A stretch of DNA of 40,457 nucleotides, from the NCBI GenBank assembly GCA_031431535.1, contig JANPDO010000055.1:1-40457 (forward strand), written 5' to 3'. Below are positions 36,804 to 40,457 of this stretch, one piece after another (position 1 is the stretch's first letter; every line of letters starts with the position of its first letter). This stretch comes from Chloroflexota bacterium (GTDB taxonomy: Bacteria; Chloroflexota; Limnocylindria; Limnocylindrales; CSP1-4). The notes under the pieces are model-generated. The model worked only from the letters and a program-made list of their open reading frames with translations, did not search any database and was not told where the DNA came from. Made by a program: the position numbers and the translations under genes.

Positions 36804-37936
36804 TGGAGCCACTCGGCCAGGAATCGGCCAGCTCCGGCTCCGGCTCGCCCACCCATGATGGTGCGAGCCAGCCCCTGGTCAAAGTGGAACACCTCGTCAA
36901 GTACTACCCGATCCACGGGGGGATCCTGCGCCGCAAACTGGGCGACGTGAAGGCGGTCGACGACGTCAGTTTCGAGATCGCAAAGGGCGAGGTGTTCGGG
37001 CTCGTCGGTGAATCCGGTTGCGGCAAATCGACGCTCGGCCGCACGATGCTCCGCCTCCAACCGGCGACCGCCGGTCGGGTGGTCCTCGACGGTGAGGACG
37101 TGTTTGCCAAGCGTGGCGCGGACCTCAAACGGTTTCGCCGGCGGATGCAGATCATCTTCCAGGATCCGGTTGGCTCGCTCAACCCGCGGATGCCGATCAG
37201 CGACATCATCGGCGAGGGCCTCCTTGCGCAGGCCGACACGGAGAACGGTTGGGGTACTCGCACGATTCGCGACGCCCGGGTTGGCGACATGCTCGATGCG
37301 GTCGGCCTTCGGCGCGACTACTCGCGACGGTATCCACATGAGTTCTCGGGCGGCCAGCGGCAACGGATCGGGATCGCCCGCTCGCTCGCGCTGAGACCCG
37401 AGGTGGTGATCTGCGACGAGCCCGTGTCGGCCCTGGACGTATCGATCCAGTCGCAGATCCTCAACCTGCTCCTGGACCTGCGTCGTGAGTTCGACCTGAC
37501 CTACCTCTTCATCGCCCACAACCTGTCGGTGATCCAGTACATCAGTGACCGGGTCGGAGTCATGTACCTGGGCAAGCTAGTCGAGGTCGCGGGCGTCGAC
37601 CAGCTCTATGCGAATCCCAGGCATCCGTACACCGTGGCGCTCCTGTCTGCAGTGCCCGATCCAAATCCCCGGCTGCGCAAGCGCCGGATCGTCCTGAAAG
37701 GGGACGTGCCAAGTCCGGCGGCGCCCCCGTCCGGTTGCCGTTTCCACACGCGCTGCTGGCTGCGTGAGCAGCTGGGTCGACCGGAGGCATGTGAGCGCCA
37801 GGTCCCGGAGCTTCGAGTGCTCGAGACCGGCCACCAGGTCTCGTGTCACTTCGCCGAGCAGGTATCGAGTGGAGCCGCTGCCAACGCCGCCGCCGACGTC
37901 GCTCCGGTTCTCCCCGCGGCGGCGACGCAGACGTAG
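36800..37936 (+). CDS. ABC transporter ATP-binding protein (OppF/DppF-like), 378 aa
   Basis: Walker [10 protein letters not shown], signature SGGQRQR, Walker [13 protein letters not shown]-terminal RHPYTVALL / CRFHTRC. Confidence 0.92.
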   Translation: MMEPLGQESASSGSGSPTHDGASQPLVKVEHLVKYYPIHGGILRRKLGDVKAVDDVSFEIAKGEVFGLVGESGCGKSTLGRTMLRLQPATAGRVVLDGEDVFAKRGADLKRFRRRMQIIFQDPVGSLNPRMPISDIIGEGLLAQADTENGWGTRTIRDARVGDMLDAVGLRRDYSRRYPHEFSGGQRQRIGIARSLALRPEVVICDEPVSALDVSIQSQILNLLLDLRREFDLTYLFIAHNLSVIQYISDRVGVMYLGKLVEVAGVDQLYANPRHPYTVALLSAVPDPNPRLRKRRIVLKGDVPSPAAPPSGCRFHTRCWLREQLGRPEACERQVPELRVLETGHQVSCHFAEQVSSGAAANAAADVAPVLPAAATQT

Positions 37937-37937
37937 G

Positions 37938-38420
37938 TTGCCATCCGGGCAGCCGGGGCAATCCTGGCGCCAGCATCAGTCCCAGTCGGCTGTCCAGGTC
38001 ACCGATCTGCGCAAGACCTTTCATGTGCCCGTCCGGGAGGCGGGGCTCAGGGCGGCGGTCAGGAGCCTGGTCCGACGCGAAACCCGCGAGGTCAAGGCGG
38101 TGGACGGCGTCGGGTTTGGCATCGGCGCCGGCGAGATCGTTGGCTTCCTCGGACCGAATGGCGCCGGCAAGACGACGACGCTCAAGATGCTCAGCTGACT
38201 CCTCCATCCGACGTCGGGCGAAGCGCGCGTTCTGGGACACATCCCGCACCGCCGCGAGTCGGAGTTTCTGCGCCGGATCACGATGGTCATGGGCAACCGC
38301 AGCCAGCTCGAGTGGGACCTTCCCGCGCTCGACTCGTACGAGCTGATCCGGGCGGTCTATCGGCTGGAGCCGGTCGATTTTCGACGGACGCGTGACGAGT
38401 TCATCGAGCTGCAGGTCAGG
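37938..38420 (+). pseudogene. Remnant of an ABC-2/drug-exporter-type ABC ATPase: N-terminal ~160 codons only, with an in-frame TGA
   Basis: VQVTDLRKTF...[33 protein letters not shown][TGA 38196-38198][14 protein letters not shown]...ITMVMGNRSQLEWDLPALDSYELIRAVY...DEFIEL, all in one frame. The stop replaces the conserved Gly of ML(S/T)GLL. The Q-loop region is present, but the signature, Walker B and H-loop are absent. Similarity ends ~15 nt from the stop of the convergent gene. Confidence 0.75.
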
Positions 38421-38433
38421 CCGAAGCGCGGGG

Positions 38434-39459
38434 TCAGGTCGTGGCGCGGGGTCGTGCCGTTGCGCCACCTGGCTGGCGGAAGTGGCAGGCGCACTCGTGA
38501 TCGCCGCCAAGATCGATCAACGGCGGGGTCACTTCCGCGCAGACCGTCGGATCGCCCAGTTCCGTGCGGAGCGGACAGCGCGGGTGGAACCGGCAGCCTG
38601 AGGGTGGGTTCACCGGACTCGGCACGTCCCCGCGCAGGATGACCCGCCGGTGCGGCAATTCCGGATTGGGGACCGGGATGGCCGACATCAGGGCCTGCGT
38701 GTACGGGTGCTCCTGGTGCTCGAACAGCTCGCGCCGATCGGCCAGCTCGGCGATGCGACCCAGGTACATCACCGCAACCCGGTCGCTGATGTGTTCCACC
38801 ACGCCCATGTTGTGGGCGACAAAGACATAGGTCAGGCCGAGCTCGCGCTGGAGCTGCTTGAGCAGGTTCAGGACCTGGGCCTGGATCGAGACATCCAGCG
38901 CCGATACGGGTTCGTCGCACACGACGAGGTCCGGCTCCAGGACCAGCGCCCGCGCGATCCCGATCCGCTGGCGCTGGCCTCCTGAGAACTCGTGCGGGTA
39001 GCGCCGCGCGAGATAGGGCTGGAGGCCGACCAGGTCCATCATCTTCCGGACCTTCTCGCGCCGCTCCGCGCTGCTGCCGAGCCCATGGATCCGGAGCCCC
39101 TCCCCGATGCTGTCGCCGATCGGCGTTCGCGGGTCGAGGCTGGCGTAAGGGTCCTGGAAGATGATCTGCATGCGCCGGCGGTACGGCCGCAGGGCCGCGC
39201 CCTTGAGCGCAGTCAGCTCCACGCCGTCGAACCGGATGGAGCCCGATGTCGGCTCGATCAGGCGCAGGAGCAGGCGTCCGATGGTGGTCTTGCCGCAGCC
39301 GGATTCACCGACCAATCCAAGCGTCTCGCCACGCTGGACCTCGAACGACACCCCGTCGACTGCCTGCACCCAGCCGACGGTCCGTTGCAGGATCCCGCCG
39401 CGCACGGGGAAGTGCTTGACGAGATCCCGGACCTGGACCAGGGGTGCCGCGTCCGTCAT
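38434..39459 (-). CDS. ABC transporter ATP-binding protein (OppF/DppF-like), second copy, 341 aa
   Basis: Walker [10 protein letters not shown], signature SGGQRQR, Walker [13 protein letters not shown]-terminal EHPYTQALM / CRFHPRC. ATG at 39459 with ATGA overlap to the upstream ATPase gene. Confidence 0.9.
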   Translation of the reverse strand: MTDAAPLVQVRDLVKHFPVRGGILQRTVGWVQAVDGVSFEVQRGETLGLVGESGCGKTTIGRLLLRLIEPTSGSIRFDGVELTALKGAALRPYRRRMQIIFQDPYASLDPRTPIGDSIGEGLRIHGLGSSAERREKVRKMMDLVGLQPYLARRYPHEFSGGQRQRIGIARALVLEPDLVVCDEPVSALDVSIQAQVLNLLKQLQRELGLTYVFVAHNMGVVEHISDRVAVMYLGRIAELADRRELFEHQEHPYTQALMSAIPVPNPELPHRRVILRGDVPSPVNPPSGCRFHPRCPLRTELGDPTVCAEVTPPLIDLGGDHECACHFRQPGGATARPRATT

Positions 39460-40457
39460 GCGGGTGCAGCCTCCGGACGCGGCAGGGCGTTGCCCGCCTC
39501 GTCGTGGTAGATCCAGCATCGGACGTCATGGCCGGCCGCGATCGGGCGGAGCTGCGGGTGGCGCCCCAGGGCCTCGGTCACGTTGCGCTCCACGCGGGTG
39601 GTGCAGCGCGGCGCGAACCGGCAGCCTGGCGGCAGGTCGATCAGGTTCGGGACGTTACCCGGGATCACGGCCAGCTCGTCCGTCACCTGGCCAACGACCG
39701 GGATGGAGCCGATCAGACCGCGCGTGTACGGATGGACCGGGTCGCGGAACAGCGTCCGGACGTCGGCATGCTCCACGATCTCGCCGGCATACATCACCGC
39801 CACCCGGTCGCACATCTCGGCGACCACGCCGAGATCGTGGGTGATCAGCACGATCGCGGTCCCGGTCTCGTCGCGCAGGGTGCGGATCAAGTCGAGAATC
39901 TGGGCCTGGATCGTCACATCGAGCGCGGTGGTCGGCTCGTCGGCGATCAGCAGCTCCGGTTCGCAGGCGAGGGCCATCGCGATCATGATCCGCTGGGCCA
40001 TGCCGCCCGACAGTTCGTGCGGGAAGTTGCGAAGACGCCGCTCCGGGTCCGGGATCCCGACCATCCGCAGGAGCTCCAGCGTGCGGTCGCGCGCCACGCG
40101 GCCCTTCAGACCACGGTGAATGCGCAGCACTTCCTCGATCTGGGCACCCACGTTCCAGACCGGGTTGAGCGACGATGTCGGCTGCTGAAAGATCATGCTG
40201 ATCCGCTCGCCCCGGAGCTTGCGCATGTCGTCGCCGGACAGCTTGAGCAGGTCCCGACCGTCGAACAGGATCTCGCCCGCTTCGATCCGCCCAGGTTTGG
40301 CCACCAGGCGCATGAGCGACAGGCTGGTCACGCTCTTGCCACAGCCCGACTCGCCGACCAGGCCCATGATCTCGCCCCGATCGACATTGAAGTCGATGCC
40401 ATCGACCGCGCGGACGGCGCCATCGCGCGTGTAGAACGACGTGCGCAGACCCTTGAC
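39456..40457 (-). CDS. ABC transporter ATP-binding protein (OppD/DppD-like), second copy; 5' end beyond the window
   Basis: The reading frame is open to the window edge ([23 protein letters not shown]...). Walker A GESGCGKS, signature SGGMAQR, Walker [13 protein letters not shown]-terminal VHPYTRGLI / CRFAPRC. Confidence 0.9.
   Translation of the reverse strand, partial: VKGLRTSFYTRDGAVRAVDGIDFNVDRGEIMGLVGESGCGKSVTSLSLMRLVAKPGRIEAGEILFDGRDLLKLSGDDMRKLRGERISMIFQQPTSSLNPVWNVGAQIEEVLRIHRGLKGRVARDRTLELLRMVGIPDPERRLRNFPHELSGGMAQRIMIAMALACEPELLIADEPTTALDVTIQAQILDLIRTLRDETGTAIVLITHDLGVVAEMCDRVAVMYAGEIVEHADVRTLFRDPVHPYTRGLIGSIPVVGQVTDELAVIPGNVPNLIDLPPGCRFAPRCTTRVERNVTEALGRHPQLRPIAAGHDVRCWIYHDEAGNALPRPEAAPA

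Noticed and set aside
38196-38198. The in-frame TGA at a conserved glycine position as evidence of TGA-to-Gly recoding (genetic code 25) or selenocysteine.
   Set aside because: TGA is clearly used as a genuine stop throughout the window, for example in the GTGA/ATGA junctions of mraY, murD, ftsW, murG and gcvPA. The gene is also truncated downstream, and no SECIS-like context was evident. A nonsense mutation in a decaying gene is the simpler reading.
1-40457. Scan for CRISPR arrays, transposase/IS ends, long direct or inverted repeats, toxin-antitoxin or defence-system gene sets.
   Set aside because: I saw no spacer-repeat periodicity, no recognisable transposase/integrase/nuclease-helicase signatures, and no repeats beyond the short elements reported. 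The window reads as core chromosome.

Overview
High-GC (~68-70%) bacterial chromosomal window, almost entirely housekeeping and densely packed. Many genes are joined by 4-nt start/stop overlaps (GTGA/ATGA/TTGA). Order on the + strand unless noted: RNase H-like gene; RNase P RNA (rnpB, type A); a small Cys-containing ORF (-) divergent from a LysM membrane protein; then a long division/cell-wall (dcw) cluster: mraZ-rsmH-(65-aa ORF)-ftsL-like-ftsI-murF-mraY-murD-ftsW-murG-murB-ddl-ftsQ-sbp(DUF1290)-ftsA-ftsZ-yggS-yggT-DUF167. After that come tRNA-Val(CAC); a secreted lipoprotein trypsin/PDZ protease (-); aconitase (-); a DUF2520 Rossmann protein; a Nudix hydrolase fused into a glycine-cleavage operon (gcvT-gcvH-gcvPA-gcvPB); and a five-gene peptide-type ABC importer. 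The window ends with a decayed ABC ATPase fragment and a second, convergent pair of peptide-transporter ATPases running off the edge. FtsA plus Sbp and split GcvP in a high-GC genome point to a Terrabacteria lineage such as Chloroflexota or a deep-branching actinobacterial relative. I cannot resolve the taxon without a database search. I found no CRISPR array, mobile element, defence island or clear novel multi-gene system. The items most worth a second look are: a textbook-like MraZ operator (three AAGTGG repeats at 10-bp phasing after a near-consensus promoter); an unannotated 65-aa ORF with a strong RBS inside the dcw cluster; a dcw cluster lacking murE and murC; an ABC ATPase remnant with an in-frame TGA at a conserved Gly and an abrupt truncation junction; and uncharacterised domains on the LysM protein and the protease. 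Most long antisense ORFs in the track are GC-driven shadow ORFs.
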